Shown here: in pieces, positions 52,926-63,520 of the stretch
Layout of the letters: each line of letters opens with the position of its first letter
Numbering within the stretch: position 1 is the first letter of the stretch
DNA from: an uncultured Methanoregulaceae archaeon
Lineage (GTDB): Archaea; Halobacteriota; Methanomicrobia; Methanomicrobiales; Methanospirillaceae
Direction of reading: 5' to 3'
Length of the DNA: 64,000 nt
Assembly (NCBI GenBank): GCA_963705255.1
Contig: OY970061.1
Coordinates: forward strand, 2,240,001-2,304,000
Position numbers and translations under genes: made by a program
Notes under the pieces: model-generated
Told to the model about the DNA's origin: nothing
Database searches by the model: none
The model's input: the letters and a program-made list of their open reading frames with translations, nothing else

Positions 52926-53048
52926 AGGAAATTATCTCCGGTCATTTTTACTTCCATTGGCGTGACTGCAGCATCGCTCCCCCGGCTGGCATAAGGTATT
53001 GCCGCTTTTACCATCTTTTTTATAGCGTGGTTTTCCAACTATATCCTG

Positions 53049-53534
53049 ATGAAGATCTGCATCATGTACCACAGCGAGAGCGGCAACACCCGCCACGTGG
53101 CCCAGCATATTGCATCGGCCTGCGACGGGAAGCTGATCGAGATCACGGACAAGGCCAGCTACAACCGGCTGACCAGGTTCCTTGTCCGGTGCAAAATGGC
53201 ACGGGGGGAAGAGAAGACACCGATCGAACCTGCGGTTATCGATGTCTCCGGCTACGACCAGCTCGTGTTCGGGTCACCTGTCTGGGCGTTCAAGCCGACA
53301 CCGGCGATCCATGCCGCGATCGATGCGCTGAAGGGGTGCGAGGGAAAGAAGGCGACTGCGTTCTGCACGCACGGCGGCAGACCCGGGCAGACTGCCGAAG
53401 TCTTCCGGAAATGGATAGAGGCACGGGGCATGAAATGCGTGGGGAACGGGAACATCCACCAGGATGATATCGAGAATGAGAAGAAGACCCGGGAACTGGT
53501 CTCTGTTCTGATCAAAAATTCACACCCCTCCTGA
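53049..53534 (+). CDS. Flavodoxin-family protein
   Basis: [19 protein letters not shown]. Confidence 0.88.
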   Translation: MKICIMYHSESGNTRHVAQHIASACDGKLIEITDKASYNRLTRFLVRCKMARGEEKTPIEPAVIDVSGYDQLVFGSPVWAFKPTPAIHAAIDALKGCEGKKATAFCTHGGRPGQTAEVFRKWIEARGMKCVGNGNIHQDDIENEKKTRELVSVLIKNSHPS

Positions 53535-53731
53535 TCCCGGACTCCCTGTGCGGCGGTGCAGGCCCGGAGGGCAGTCCTCTTTTTTCGCAGGTGCGCTGGT
53601 TTCTGCCGGGATCAAAGGGAACCGTTCTGTATCTCCCGGCATGCATCCCCTCAATAAAACCCCGTTCCCGGCTGCCTGTTCTTTACCGGGGAAAGCCTTT
53701 TTGTCAGCCGGCACCATTATTGTATACAATT

Positions 53732-54346
53732 ATGACGGACCCGTACGAAAATCTTCTCAAACAGGCCTATTCCAATATCACTGAGAAGACCGAATCCTCC
53801 GAGCGTTTTGTCGTTCCCGAGGCGAAGGCCTACGTCGAGGGAAAGACGACCGTGCTGGAAAATTTTGCCGAAATCGTGGGAAAAGTACGCCGTGACCAGG
53901 ACCACCTGATGAAATTTTTGCTGGGCGAACTCGGGACGAGCGGGAAGATCGACGGGAACCGCGCCATTTTCAACGGGAAGTTCGAGGTATCCCTTATCAA
54001 GGCCATCATCAAGAGTTACGTAGACGACTACGTGATCTGTTCCGAATGCGGCAAGCCGGATACAAGGCTCGTCAAGGACGACCGGGTCATGATCCTCCGC
54101 TGCGATGCCTGCGGGAGCCACCGCCCGGTCAGGAAACGCAAGGCCCGCACCGAGCCCGTCTCGGAGAACCTCGAGGAAGGCCAGATACTGGATGTCGAGA
54201 TCCAGTCGATCTCCAAACGCGGGGACGGGGTCGTGAAGATGGGCAGGTACATCATGTACGTGGCGAATGCAAAGCCGGGACAGAAAGTCAAGATCAAGAT
54301 CTCCCGGATTTCCGGATCGATCGTTTTCACCGAACGTGCGGAATAG
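53732..54346 (+). CDS. eif2b: Translation initiation factor aIF-2 beta with C-terminal TRAM domain
   Basis: [19 protein letters not shown]...CDACG zinc ribbon, TRAM GDGV. Confidence 0.95.
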   Translation: MTDPYENLLKQAYSNITEKTESSERFVVPEAKAYVEGKTTVLENFAEIVGKVRRDQDHLMKFLLGELGTSGKIDGNRAIFNGKFEVSLIKAIIKSYVDDYVICSECGKPDTRLVKDDRVMILRCDACGSHRPVRKRKARTEPVSENLEEGQILDVEIQSISKRGDGVVKMGRYIMYVANAKPGQKVKIKISRISGSIVFTERAE

Positions 54347-54551
54347 CCCGGCACTTTTTTTGGAGACCCGGTCTCCAGATAATGAAACAATTTTTTCCTG
54401 TCCTAAACGTGAGCCCCTTCCTGTTCAGGATGATACCGGGCCGGATGCCGGGGGGAGATCCCTCCAATGGCCAGGGTGGACCCCGCTGAAGGAAACGTCT
54501 TCCCGGAACTAAAGCACAATCTGCAAAAAAAAATATTCCGTAATTTTTTAT

Positions 54552-54821
54552 TCAGCGCTTCTTCAGTCCCTTGATGAGTTCATCGCAGTGGCCGCCGATC
54601 CGCCTGCAGGCCTTCTTGATGATGGGCAGGGGATTTTTCCTGCCTTTCGTGGTGACGAGCAGTTCCGGGTCAGAAAACTGGAACTCGATCATATATTTTG
54701 CGACATCGACGTCAGGGTCGCTTAGGATCTCCTCGACAAGGGCGTTCATGAACGTGTGCCCCTCCCCCTGGATGATGAGCCGCACCTTGTCCTTTTCGAG
54801 TTCGAGTACTTTTACAATCAT
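54552..54821 (-). CDS. rpoL: DNA-directed RNA polymerase subunit L (Rpo11)
   Basis: GEGHTFMNAL...DPDV..A.Y motif. Confidence 0.92.
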   Translation of the reverse strand: MIVKVLELEKDKVRLIIQGEGHTFMNALVEEILSDPDVDVAKYMIEFQFSDPELLVTTKGRKNPLPIIKKACRRIGGHCDELIKGLKKR

Positions 54822-54898
54822 GCACCTATGTTTGGGAACGTGAAAACTATTAAGGTATGGGTGTGGTGACCCCGTAGTACACCTGCAGGCCGGTCTCT

Positions 54899-55621
54899 TT
54901 ATGCAAAATCGAAGGTCTCCCCGTCGGTACCGAGGTGGGGGAGCCCCCAGGGAAGAAGGTGGCTCTGGTGAACGCAGCGGAAGTCCTGCGGGCCGAGCCG
55001 TCCGGCCAGCGTACAGGCATCAAGGTAATTCATGTGCTTATGGATGGTGATGCTGGAGGGCACGAGTGCGTCGACGAGGAGGAGGTCGAGGTCTTTCAGG
55101 AGGTCCAGGCTCTTTTGGGGGATATCGATGTTCGTGTCCGATGTGAACCCGACCCGGGACTCTTCAGTCTCGAAGAGCATCCCGCAGGTGAATGCCGGCG
55201 GGTGCCTGACCATGAAGGGCGTGACCGTGACCCCGAAGATATCGAACGACTCGTAGGGCTGGATGGCGCCCTTGTCGAAGGTGAGGAACCGGAAGATCTC
55301 GGCACAGTAACTGAGGACCGGCTGCGGTGCAAAGACAGGGGGGATGTCCTGGATCCGGTAGAACTCGCCAAAACCGATGAAATGGTCATAGTGCCCGTGG
55401 GTCCAGATGACCGCATCGATATGCGGCGAGCCGTGCAGCAGGAGCTGCTGCCTCAGGTCGGGCGACGAGTCGATCAGGAGGTGCCGCCCCTCGTTCTCGA
55501 CAAGGAGGGAGGTACGGAGGCGCATGGCGCCGGTGGCCTTTGCATGGGAACACTGGAGACAGCTGCATCCCACTTTCGGTGTCCCGATGGCATCGCCGGT
55601 CCCGAGCAGCGTGATCTTCAT
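54899..55621 (-). CDS. MBL-fold metallo-hydrolase, PhnP-like
   Basis: LLGTG...P..GC.C..C, THGHYDH, SDT, HMN. Confidence 0.9.
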   Translation of the reverse strand: MKITLLGTGDAIGTPKVGCSCLQCSHAKATGAMRLRTSLLVENEGRHLLIDSSPDLRQQLLLHGSPHIDAVIWTHGHYDHFIGFGEFYRIQDIPPVFAPQPVLSYCAEIFRFLTFDKGAIQPYESFDIFGVTVTPFMVRHPPAFTCGMLFETEESRVGFTSDTNIDIPQKSLDLLKDLDLLLVDALVPSSITIHKHMNYLDACTLAGRLGPQDFRCVHQSHLLPWGLPHLGTDGETFDFA

Positions 55622-55622
55622 G

Positions 55623-56896
55623 TTACAACCAGTTCAGGTGGCGGATCGCTTCCCGGTTCCTGACCATGCTGATCCCCTTTTCAATATCTGTTGCCTCGAT
55701 GGACTGCCGCTTGTCCATGAGCGCGGAGAGAATAGCTTCCTTGATCATCATGCGGAGATCGGAACCGGAGAACCCTTCGGTCCGGGCTGCCAGTTTCTGA
55801 TAGTCCACCGTGCACCTGAGAGTGGAGGTCACTTTCTTTAAGATGTCCTTCCGCATCTCTTCGTCAGGGAGCGCGAACTCCACCACCTCATCGAACCTCC
55901 GCCACGCCGCCTCGTCCAGCAGCTGCGGGTGGTTGGTGGCACCGATCAGGATGACGCTGTTCTTGATCAGGTTGATCTTGTCGATATTCTTCAGGAGGGA
56001 GTTCACCGCGCGTTTCATTGCCCCGTGATCATCAGTGGTCCGGCTTTTTGCGACAAAGTCGAATTCATCGATAAAGAGGATGACCGGCGACAGTTTTTTT
56101 GCCAGTTCGAATATGCGGTCGATATTTTTCGAGGTCTCGCCCAGGTACTGCGAGGTGATCATCGAGAGCCGCACCTCGAGCACGGGCATATGCATGGTCC
56201 GGGACATGGCGAGCGCCATGGAGGTTTTCCCCGTGCCCGGCGGGCCTACGAAGAGGAGTTTCCCGATCTCGTAGATCCGGTGCCGGTGCAGGAATTCGCG
56301 GTGGATCAGGGCGTGCTGGATCTTGCTGATTATCGCCATCTGGTCCGGGGTGCAGACAAGGTCGTCGAGATGCTGCTCGACCTCTTCGGGGGCGTTGATG
56401 ATGACAAGGTCGAGCGCCCCCCGAGTTTTTCGTCTTCGCTCACCAGTTTCGAGATGCGGGCATCGAGATGCGCCTTCGTGTCCTCGAATGGAGGGTTTGC
56501 TGCGCGGACCGCCTTGTAGGAGACGCCGGTAGAGTCAAGGTTTTCGAAGAAAAATGCAAGTGCCGGGTTCTTCTCGATGCAGGGCCTGCCTCCCTGTTTC
56601 AGGAACCAGCGGGCAGCCGGTTCAAGTGCCGTGAGCCGGAGGCGCTGGCCAAACTCCTCGTAGGCGACAAAGGGGTTTGCCGCGAGTTTCTGGTGGGCGT
56701 CGGGAATGGCGAGGGTGCGCTTGATCAGCCCGTCGCTGACATACACCGGCCGCTTGACTTCCGTGGCGGTCGCAGCACCGAAGATCTCGCGACAGGCCGG
56801 GGTCAGGTCGTTGATATCGAGTTCTGGGTTCTGGTTGAATATCTCAGCGGTCAGAACGACTTCCATAATGCGCAGGGCTTCAGAATCTCCAGACAT
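55623..56896 (-). CDS. AAA+ ATPase, apparent frameshift near 56420
   Basis: GPPGTGKT, FIDEFD, ATNHP.LLD.A.WRRFD; the N-terminal half joins if one base is added at CTCGGGGGG. Confidence 0.88.
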
Positions 56897-56940
56897 GGCT
56901 GTAACCTTAATTATTCATCGCCAGAATGAATAAGGCTATC

Positions 56941-57816
56941 TCACCGGGTCGTCACGACGCAGCCGTCCGGCGTGACAATCACCGTGTGCTCGTGCTGGGA
57001 GACCAGCGCCCCCGGGATGTCAGACGGTACCGGGTAGACATGGAGTACCTGCGACCGGACAAGCAAAGGCAGTGCTATATCGAGTTTTTTATCCCCCAGC
57101 CAGCGGCGGGCAAAGGGCAGCCCGTTGCGTTCCCGGATCTTTTCGAGCACGGTCCGGCCGGCAGGCGTCCGGACCGGTCTCTGGGAGACCTGGGAATAGA
57201 TCTCCCTCCTCGGTTTCTCGCCCACCCGGCCGATGCCTGTCGAGGCGAACGGTTCGATGGCAAAGACCATCCCTTCCTCGAGCACCACCCCACCGGAGAT
57301 CCCGATGTTGGGGATGGTGGGGGAGCGGTGGAGGACGTACCGGTCAAGCCCGTGCCCGGTCAGGTTCGAGATCGGGCGGTAGCCGCGGCTCTCGATCTCC
57401 TTCTGGATGGCCGCCCCGAGCCCTCCTGCTGTTGCCCCCGGCCGCACTGATCGTATAGCTGATTCGAGCGCCTCTTCCGATGCCTGGAGGAGAAGCGAAT
57501 TGCTGCCAAGGTCAACCGTGGTAGCAGTATCTGCAATATAACCGTCGATCTGCACCCCGAGGTCCAGTTTTGCCACGTCACCCCGGGAGAATACCCGCTC
57601 ATCGCCGTACGAGGCGGTGTCGTGCGCGGCGTCCTCGTTGAGCGAGAGGTTGAGCGGGAAAGCGAGCGCTGCCCCTTCCTCCCCGACCCTCGCCTCGATC
57701 GATTCGACGAGTTCACGGTATGATGCCCCGACACGGATGGACCGTGCACCGTCCTGCAGGATCGCTGCCGCAACCCTCCCTGCATCCCGGTATTTTTCGA
57801 ACACTTCGTCATTCAT
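56941..57816 (-). CDS. map: Type II methionine aminopeptidase
   Basis: AFP.N.S.NE.AAH, DLGV.IDGYIADTA, NLTGH, AIEPF, SQHEHT. Confidence 0.95.
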   Translation of the reverse strand: MNDEVFEKYRDAGRVAAAILQDGARSIRVGASYRELVESIEARVGEEGAALAFPLNLSLNEDAAHDTASYGDERVFSRGDVAKLDLGVQIDGYIADTATTVDLGSNSLLLQASEEALESAIRSVRPGATAGGLGAAIQKEIESRGYRPISNLTGHGLDRYVLHRSPTIPNIGISGGVVLEEGMVFAIEPFASTGIGRVGEKPRREIYSQVSQRPVRTPAGRTVLEKIRERNGLPFARRWLGDKKLDIALPLLVRSQVLHVYPVPSDIPGALVSQHEHTVIVTPDGCVVTTR

Positions 57817-58940
57817 ACGATGAGATCCTCCGGGAAATCCGTGAAATTTGCAAAGCCCTTCCTTGTGACCGCACCGATATCCTCCAGCCGGACGCCGCCG
57901 GTTCCGGGATAGTAGAGCCCCGGTTCGAGGGTGATGACGTTGCCGGCTTCGAGTTCCTTTCCCGCGGGCCCGACCGTGGGGAGCTCGTGGACCTGCAGCC
58001 CTACGCCGTGCCCGAGATTGTGGACAAACCCGCGGGTGTCGCTCTCGTACCCCCGCTCCCGGAAAAAGTCCACAACGGCCTGGTATACCTCTGCGCCCGG
58101 CACTCCCGGTTTTACCCTGGACGCCGCGAGCTGTTTTGCCTCCCGCAGGGCATCGTACATCTCGCGGATCCCGGGAGACGGCTCGCCCTTGACTACGGTA
58201 CGGGTCATATCGGAATAATAGCCACTCTCTTCTTCGACCGGGAAAAGGTCGATGATGACCGGTTCGTCAGCCCTCAGCGGGCCGGTACCGGTCATGTGGG
58301 GGATCGCGGTGTCCTCCCCGCACGAGACGATAGTGTCGACCGCGGTGCAGCCGTGCTCCAGCAGGTGGCAGTGCATGGTATATTTCACCTGTTCGGCAGT
58401 GAGGGGTCTTCCCCCGAGGTGGAGGACTCCCTTCTTTACCGATGACTTCCTGATGAGGGCCACGGCGAGCCCCATTGCAGCCCCGGTGACCTCCTGGACG
58501 TGCCGTATCGCCCGGAGTTCCGGTGCAGATTTTTTTGCCCGCAGAGAAAGGACGGTCCCCTTGTCGACCGTGACCGTACAGTACTCCCTGAGTGCCTCGG
58601 CAAGGGCTACGGGAAACTGTGGCGGTACGAGAATGTTCTCTCCCGCCTGGCCTGCGATCATCCGTGCCGTCGCGCGGAACGGGTCTTTTTCCGTTTTGAG
58701 TATCTCCGGTAACCCGGCCTGCGTCCGTGTCATGACCGTGGCCTTCGATTCGCGGGACGCGCGCCCGGTTTCCATCTGGGAGATGATAATAACGCCGTTC
58801 CTGCCGGGCTTTTTGAAGAAGATGAACGGGTCGCTCGTGACAAATGTCGTCAGGTACCTCATGTCTGCGTCGCGCGATGAGGCATACGCGACGTAGGCGT
58901 CGGCACCGCTCTGCCTGATCGTATCGGAAAGTGGATCCAT
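57813..58940 (-). CDS. Xaa-Pro aminopeptidase/prolidase (M24B)
   Basis: GYYSDMTRT, HNLGHGVGLQVHE, TLEPGLY, GVRLED. Confidence 0.92.
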   Translation of the reverse strand: MDPLSDTIRQSGADAYVAYASSRDADMRYLTTFVTSDPFIFFKKPGRNGVIIISQMETGRASRESKATVMTRTQAGLPEILKTEKDPFRATARMIAGQAGENILVPPQFPVALAEALREYCTVTVDKGTVLSLRAKKSAPELRAIRHVQEVTGAAMGLAVALIRKSSVKKGVLHLGGRPLTAEQVKYTMHCHLLEHGCTAVDTIVSCGEDTAIPHMTGTGPLRADEPVIIDLFPVEEESGYYSDMTRTVVKGEPSPGIREMYDALREAKQLAASRVKPGVPGAEVYQAVVDFFRERGYESDTRGFVHNLGHGVGLQVHELPTVGPAGKELEAGNVITLEPGLYYPGTGGVRLEDIGAVTRKGFANFTDFPEDLIV

Positions 58941-59001
58941 CTGCCGGGAATATATGTAGTGAAACGTCAAGTACTTTTATTCCGGGGTCGACGTACGAGT
59001 G

Positions 59002-59247
59002 ATGGATGCGAAAGCCAAAGACCAGTTCAGGTGGAAGTTCTACCGGCTTGCAGTACAGCTGAATATCATCGTCCTTCTCGTTGCGGTATCCGTCCTGGCC
59101 CTTTTTCTCATCCCGGCACGATTCCGGCTCCCGCTGGTCGCCGTGCTGCTCGCGGGCGCACTGGTGCTTTCGGTCAATTTCCGGAAAAAATACCGGGAGA
59201 CCAGGGCATGGCTTCACGAACAACCGGATAAAAAAACCGGTGAATAA
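59002..59247 (+). CDS. Small 2-TM membrane protein
   Basis: Two hydrophobic helices with basic flanks. Confidence 0.6.
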   Translation: MDAKAKDQFRWKFYRLAVQLNIIVLLVAVSVLALFLIPARFRLPLVAVLLAGALVLSVNFRKKYRETRAWLHEQPDKKTGE

Positions 59248-59293
59248 AAAACCGGTGAATAATACCGGCGATCCGGAGGATGGAGGAGACCGA

Positions 59294-59587
59294 ATGCTCG
59301 AAAAGATGAAGGACGAGGCTGAACTGGTCAGCCGCCATCTGCAGGTGGCCCGTGCCGTAGCTGACCACGAACCGATCGGCATCATGAAACTCTCCGAGCT
59401 CCTCGACCTGCCCTCCCACCGCATCCGCTATTCGCTGCACGTGCTGGAGCAGCTCGGGTACATCCGTGCTTCACCTGACGGCGCAGTGGTAACTCCCCGG
59501 ACCGTGGAGCTCTTCACGCACCTGAACGCGGACCTGGAGGAGATCATCGGGCGCCTCGAGGCCATGAAGCGGGATGAACATTATTGA
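59294..59587 (+). CDS. Conserved archaeal winged-helix protein
   Basis: RHL.V...V...EPIGI.KLS...HRIRYSL.VLE..GYI..S..GA; GGAGG SD. Confidence 0.8.
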   Translation: MLEKMKDEAELVSRHLQVARAVADHEPIGIMKLSELLDLPSHRIRYSLHVLEQLGYIRASPDGAVVTPRTVELFTHLNADLEEIIGRLEAMKRDEHY

Positions 59588-59676
59588 CGGTATCCCCCGT
59601 CACCGGCACACCCTGCCCATCCCGGTAGTTACCTTTAAAAGTACTCAGAAAGAATCTAATAAGGCGCAGTGAGACT

Positions 59677-59749
59677 GCCTCCCTAACTCAGTTGGTAGAG
59701 TGTCGGACTGTTAATCCGAATGTCACAGGTTCGAGCCCTGTGGGGGGCG
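59677..59749 (+). tRNA. tRNA-Asn(GTT)
   Basis: Cloverleaf: acceptor GCCTCCC/GGGGGGC, anticodon arm TCGGA-CTGTTAA-TCCGA, TTCGAG T-loop. Confidence 0.96.
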
Positions 59750-59755
59750 TTTAAA

Positions 59756-59831
59756 GGGCCCGTCAGCTCAGTCCGGTCAGAGCGCCCGGCTCATAACCGG
59801 GCGGTCATGGGTTCGAATCCCTTCGGGCCCA
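59756..59831 (+). tRNA. tRNA with CAT anticodon, most likely tRNA-Ile2 (agmatidine type)
   Basis: GGGCCCG/CGGGCCC acceptor, CCCGG-CTCATAA-CCGGG arm, A discriminator, tandem after tRNA-Asn; one extra C at ~59764. Confidence 0.85.
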
Positions 59832-59940
59832 CTGTTTTCTGGTCCTTTTGACAGGTCCTCTCTTCCCGTCCTTTCCCGGCGCCATGCCCCGAAGGAAAAT
59901 TTGAAAAACTTTCTATCTTGGGACGATCATAGGGAGCAGC

Positions 59941-60972
59941 ATGAAGTGTCCTGTCTGCGAGATGGACTGTGTCAAATCCGCACAGGAAGTCCTGGCAACC
60001 CTCCCCTCCCTTTTTCTACCCTGCCCGGACTGCAGCCTGAGGATCCTTGACAAGCGTGCCCCGCTCCCGTCGCTGGAGTATGCCCGGCCGTGTTCGTGCG
60101 GCAAGAGGTTCATCGACGAGGTCTTTGCCCACATGTACGTAATCATGGTCGCGGAGGGGGACCTGAACAGGACGGACCCGCTGATCGCTGTCGGGTCGCC
60201 GCTCGTGCATCCCGGGTATGCCATGGACCGCCCGCCGTTCCTTACGGAGAAATCGCTCGTACTGCTCTCGCCGAGGGTGACAAAAAAGACGGCAGAACGC
60301 CTCGTTGCAGAGGTCCCTGAACTCCGCGGGGTCGTCAGGACCGGCAGTTTCGTCCCGGGAATAACCAGCCCGGACCTGAAAACGGTCCCGAAGGTCTACG
60401 AACTCCTTGCGGGATGCGATGTACGGGCGGATATCTTCCCGCTCCGCACGGGCCCCCTGGTGGTGTACAAGCAGCAGTCCCTCATGCATATCGAGTTTCC
60501 TCGCGGAGGGTACCCGAAGATCCGGGCCGTGGAGCAGCACGTGGGGAATCCCCCGGCCCGGTATTTTGTCGATGCCTGTTCCGGTGCGGGGACGCTCGGC
60601 CTTTCCGCTGCCTGCCTCGGTGTGCCCCGCGTCGTGATGAACGACGCCTGGTACGCCTCGGCATTCTGGTCTGCCTTCAACCTTGAAGTGAACCGCGGGT
60701 ACCTCAGGATACGGCGGGTGAAAATATTCGAACAGTTCGAGGACATGCAGAAGCACCCGGTCACCCGCTACCCGGTAAAGATCGCGGAGACGGAAGGAGA
60801 GCAGGTGATCGAAGTGTACCAGGGGGACCTCCTCGAGCTGCCGCCGGTTCTGCTCCCGGGCGTCCCCCCGCTGGCCGCGCTGGATCTTTTTGACAAAAAT
60901 GACGTTGCGGCCACCCGGAAGATACAGGAGGAATGGCTGGCCAAGGCCGGCGGGGAAGCGTTCATCCCTTGA
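59941..60972 (+). CDS. Conserved methanogen protein with N-terminal Cys motifs and a SAM-methyltransferase-like motif
   Basis: CPVC, CPDC, CSCGKR; VDACSGAGTLG...VVMND motif I-like. Confidence 0.7.
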   Translation: MKCPVCEMDCVKSAQEVLATLPSLFLPCPDCSLRILDKRAPLPSLEYARPCSCGKRFIDEVFAHMYVIMVAEGDLNRTDPLIAVGSPLVHPGYAMDRPPFLTEKSLVLLSPRVTKKTAERLVAEVPELRGVVRTGSFVPGITSPDLKTVPKVYELLAGCDVRADIFPLRTGPLVVYKQQSLMHIEFPRGGYPKIRAVEQHVGNPPARYFVDACSGAGTLGLSAACLGVPRVVMNDAWYASAFWSAFNLEVNRGYLRIRRVKIFEQFEDMQKHPVTRYPVKIAETEGEQVIEVYQGDLLELPPVLLPGVPPLAALDLFDKNDVAATRKIQEEWLAKAGGEAFIP

Positions 60973-61056
60973 ACTCATGCCGGCGGTTCCGGACGCTCGT
61001 GGATGCATCCGTGCACAGGGCAAGAAGCCTTTATTGGGCGGTGTGCAAAAGTATAT

Positions 61057-61363
61057 GGGGACTAGCCCGGGTGGCTCGGCGTCACTTGTTACCCGAAACC
61101 GTCGGTACGCGGGGGGCGAAGTTTGACTGAGGCTGCAACGGCCTGCGGGAGCTTGTGCGTTCTGACCGTGAAACCTTGTCCCATGAGGTCGATGGCCAGG
61201 GATCAAAATTCCGGAGGGAATGGCGACCTGTCGCTGCGGGGACCGGTTCAGGCCCGGAAGGGAGCAGACTTACCGCAGACATCCGGCGCCCATGGGGTAA
61301 CGGGGCGGAGGATGAGCGCTTTGGCAAACGCAGAAACGTGCAGTCGACCGATAACACGTCCCC
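61057..61363 (+). ncRNA. ffs: Archaeal SRP (7S) RNA
   Basis: Ends pair (GGGGAC...GTCCCC), about 307 nt, helix-8 motif CAGG-CCC-GGAA-GGG-AGCAG. Confidence 0.93.
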
Positions 61364-61376
61364 ATTCGCGAATATC

Positions 61377-62340
61377 ATGGCAAAAGTGACCATTATCGGT
61401 GCAACGGGCAATGTCGGGATGTTTGCCGCACATGCCATCTCCGCTATCCCGCATGTCAGCGAGATCCTTCTCTATGGGAGGAAAGGGCGTGAATCTCTTC
61501 TGAAAGGCATTACCCAGGACCTCGGGGACTCGTTTGCTGCACGGGGTACGGATATGCGGGTCACCTGGACGACCGACCTGAAAGACGCTGCAGGGTCAGA
61601 CGTGGTCGTCGTTACTGCAGGAGCACCGCGCACGCCGGAACAGGACCGCCTTGACCTTGCGATGGGCAACGCACGGATCATTGCCCCGCTTGCCAGGACG
61701 ATCGGCGAGATCGCTCCGGAGACCAAGATACTGGTGGTCACCAACCCCGTCGACGTCATGACCAGCGTTGCGCTGAAATATTCGAAGCTGAAGCCCACCC
61801 AGGTCTTCGGCCTCGGGACGCACCTGGACTCGATGCGCCTCAAATCGCTGATCGCTTCTGTACTTCCATGTCCACGTGAGCGAGGTCCATACCCGTATCA
61901 TCGGCGAACACGGCGACAGCCTTGTCCCGCTCTGGTCCGCGACCACCATCGGCGGTATCAGGATCTCGAACCTGCCGGAGTTTGCACACCTGCCGGTTAA
62001 GGAGATCATCGAGTCGGTGAAGTGCAGCGGCCAGATGATCATCCAGAACAAGGGCTCAACCGTGTACGGGCCCGGTGAGGCGATCGCATCCCTTGTCAGG
62101 ACCGTGCTGTCCGATGAAAACCGCATCCTGACCGTGTCCGCCTATATCAAGCGCGAAGTCCACGGGATCGGCGATGTCTGTATTGGCGTGCCAGCCCGCA
62201 TCAACCGCGAAGGGGTCTTCCCGATCGCAATCCGGATCGATGAATCGGAAGTCATCGCGTTCCGCGAGTCCGTGGAAAAGATCCGCATCAGCACGAAACA
62301 CGTGCTCGAAGCGCTGGAAGAATCCGTGATGGAAGAATAA
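61377..62340 (+). CDS. mdh: LDH-like malate dehydrogenase, apparent +1 frameshift near 61859
   Basis: IGATGNVG, TAG.PR...DRLDL..GN, TNPVD, LDSMR; IIGEHGDS in the next frame. Confidence 0.9.
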
Positions 62341-62389
62341 GGTGTCCCAGGGAAAAACCGGGGATGAAAAAAGACGTTCCTGAACTGTT

Positions 62390-62647
62390 TTATGTCAGGG
62401 TTACTTCGATGATCTCTGCCCGCTCGACACCGGGTATGGCACCGATGGTCTTTTCAAGGGCGTCTGTTTCCCCGCCGGCGTCGTTGACGATTGCCACGAA
62501 TTTGATCGCCTTGAGGCCAAAACCGATGGGCTCTTCCTTGATATCCTGGATGCCGGGTAATCTCTCCCTGAGTGCCTTTTTGAGCTGCTCGAGGTCCACT
62601 TCAGGTGACTCGGGCATGACCTTCATGATGACAGCGACACTGCCCAT
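62390..62647 (-). CDS. ef1b: Elongation factor 1-beta
   Basis: KVMPESPEVDL, EEPIGFGLKA. Confidence 0.95.
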   Translation of the reverse strand: MGSVAVIMKVMPESPEVDLEQLKKALRERLPGIQDIKEEPIGFGLKAIKFVAIVNDAGGETDALEKTIGAIPGVERAEIIEVTLT

Positions 62648-62650
62648 GGT

Positions 62651-62812
62651 TCACGGTCCCCCGAACCCGCACTTAGGGCAGACGTAGGGGATACTCTGCT
62701 CCCTGCACCGGTAGCACCGGGTGATCTCGACACCGCACGCGGGGCAACCGAATTCCGTAGCGCCCTCTTCTGCAAGCGGAGCGCTGCAGGATGTACACTT
62801 CTTATCTGACAT
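62651..62812 (-). CDS. Small zinc-finger protein (DUF1610/HVO_2753-like)
   Basis: CTSC...CPACG..I.RC..CR....Y.CP.CGF.GP, in the usual position upstream of EF-1beta. Confidence 0.9.
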   Translation of the reverse strand: MSDKKCTSCSAPLAEEGATEFGCPACGVEITRCYRCREQSIPYVCPKCGFGGP

Positions 62813-62855
62813 TATTGCTCCTCCAAGGATTCCTATAGTATCTCTTTTGAAACCT

Positions 62856-63428
62856 TTAAAAGGTTGTACTGATGCGCGTGCCCGGAACCGGGTCGCCGCT
62901 GAGGTATCGGCGGAGCAGTTCCGGGCGCGATCCATTAAGAATGAACGTATCCACCCCGTTTTTAAGGACATAGGAAATAAAGAGCAGGTCGGTCACGTCT
63001 GTGGCCAGCGGGGCGTCCACGTGTTCCCGCAGGACACCCCCGCTCGCGATCCCGTCCACGGATTTGAGGAGGAGGAGGTCGAGGCAGAGGGAGGAGGCTG
63101 CCCATGCCGCGATGGTATCGGACGTGACGTCCCATGAATGGGGGAGAGGGTCCCGCTCCCGCAGGACGCGGGCGGGGAGGAGGACGACGGTCTGGTCCGG
63201 CACCGCGAGCCGGTCCGAGGCAGGAATACCCTGCGATGCGATATCAGCTGCCGTACTCGTCCATGGCCGCGATGGCTTCCCAGTGGGCGGTCTCATCATC
63301 GAGCCCCGCATCCCTGACGGCATCGGCAAACGGGCCGCCCCCGGGGACGACAAAGAGCGGGCGCACTGAGGACCGGAGGAAAGGCACGAGGTCCGGGACC
63401 CGGTTATACAGGCTCCCCCGACTTTCAC
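62856..63428 (-). CDS. Amino-acid-kinase-family protein (MfnE-like), two apparent compensating indels; start uncertain
   Basis: VVKVGG(S)L, VPGGGPFADAVR...AHWEAI.AMD in an alternate frame, LPHSWDVTSD.IA, KSVDGI. Confidence 0.78.
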   Translation of the reverse strand: MKVGGACITGSRTSCLSSGPQCARSLSSPGAARLPMPSGMRGSMMRPPTGKPSRPWTSTAADIASQGIPASDRLAVPDQTVVLLPARVLRERDPLPHSWDVTSDTIAAWAASSLCLDLLLLKSVDGIASGGVLREHVDAPLATDVTDLLFISYVLKNGVDTFILNGSRPELLRRYLSGDPVPGTRISTTF

Positions 63429-63520
63429 TACGAGGGGTCTCTCCTGAAGTGTACCGTTGGTCTTTGCTGCCGGATCATAACGGTTATCTATTATATCATG
63501 AATTTTATATCTTCAATGGC

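Noticed and set aside
59231-59260. Perfect 15-bp tandem duplication AAAAAACCGGTGAAT
   Set aside because: Only two copies, spanning a stop codon; most simply a slippage duplication with no evident function.
59677-59831. tRNA-targeted integrated element
   Set aside because: I saw no duplicated tRNA 3' end or integrase, and the flanks are housekeeping genes.
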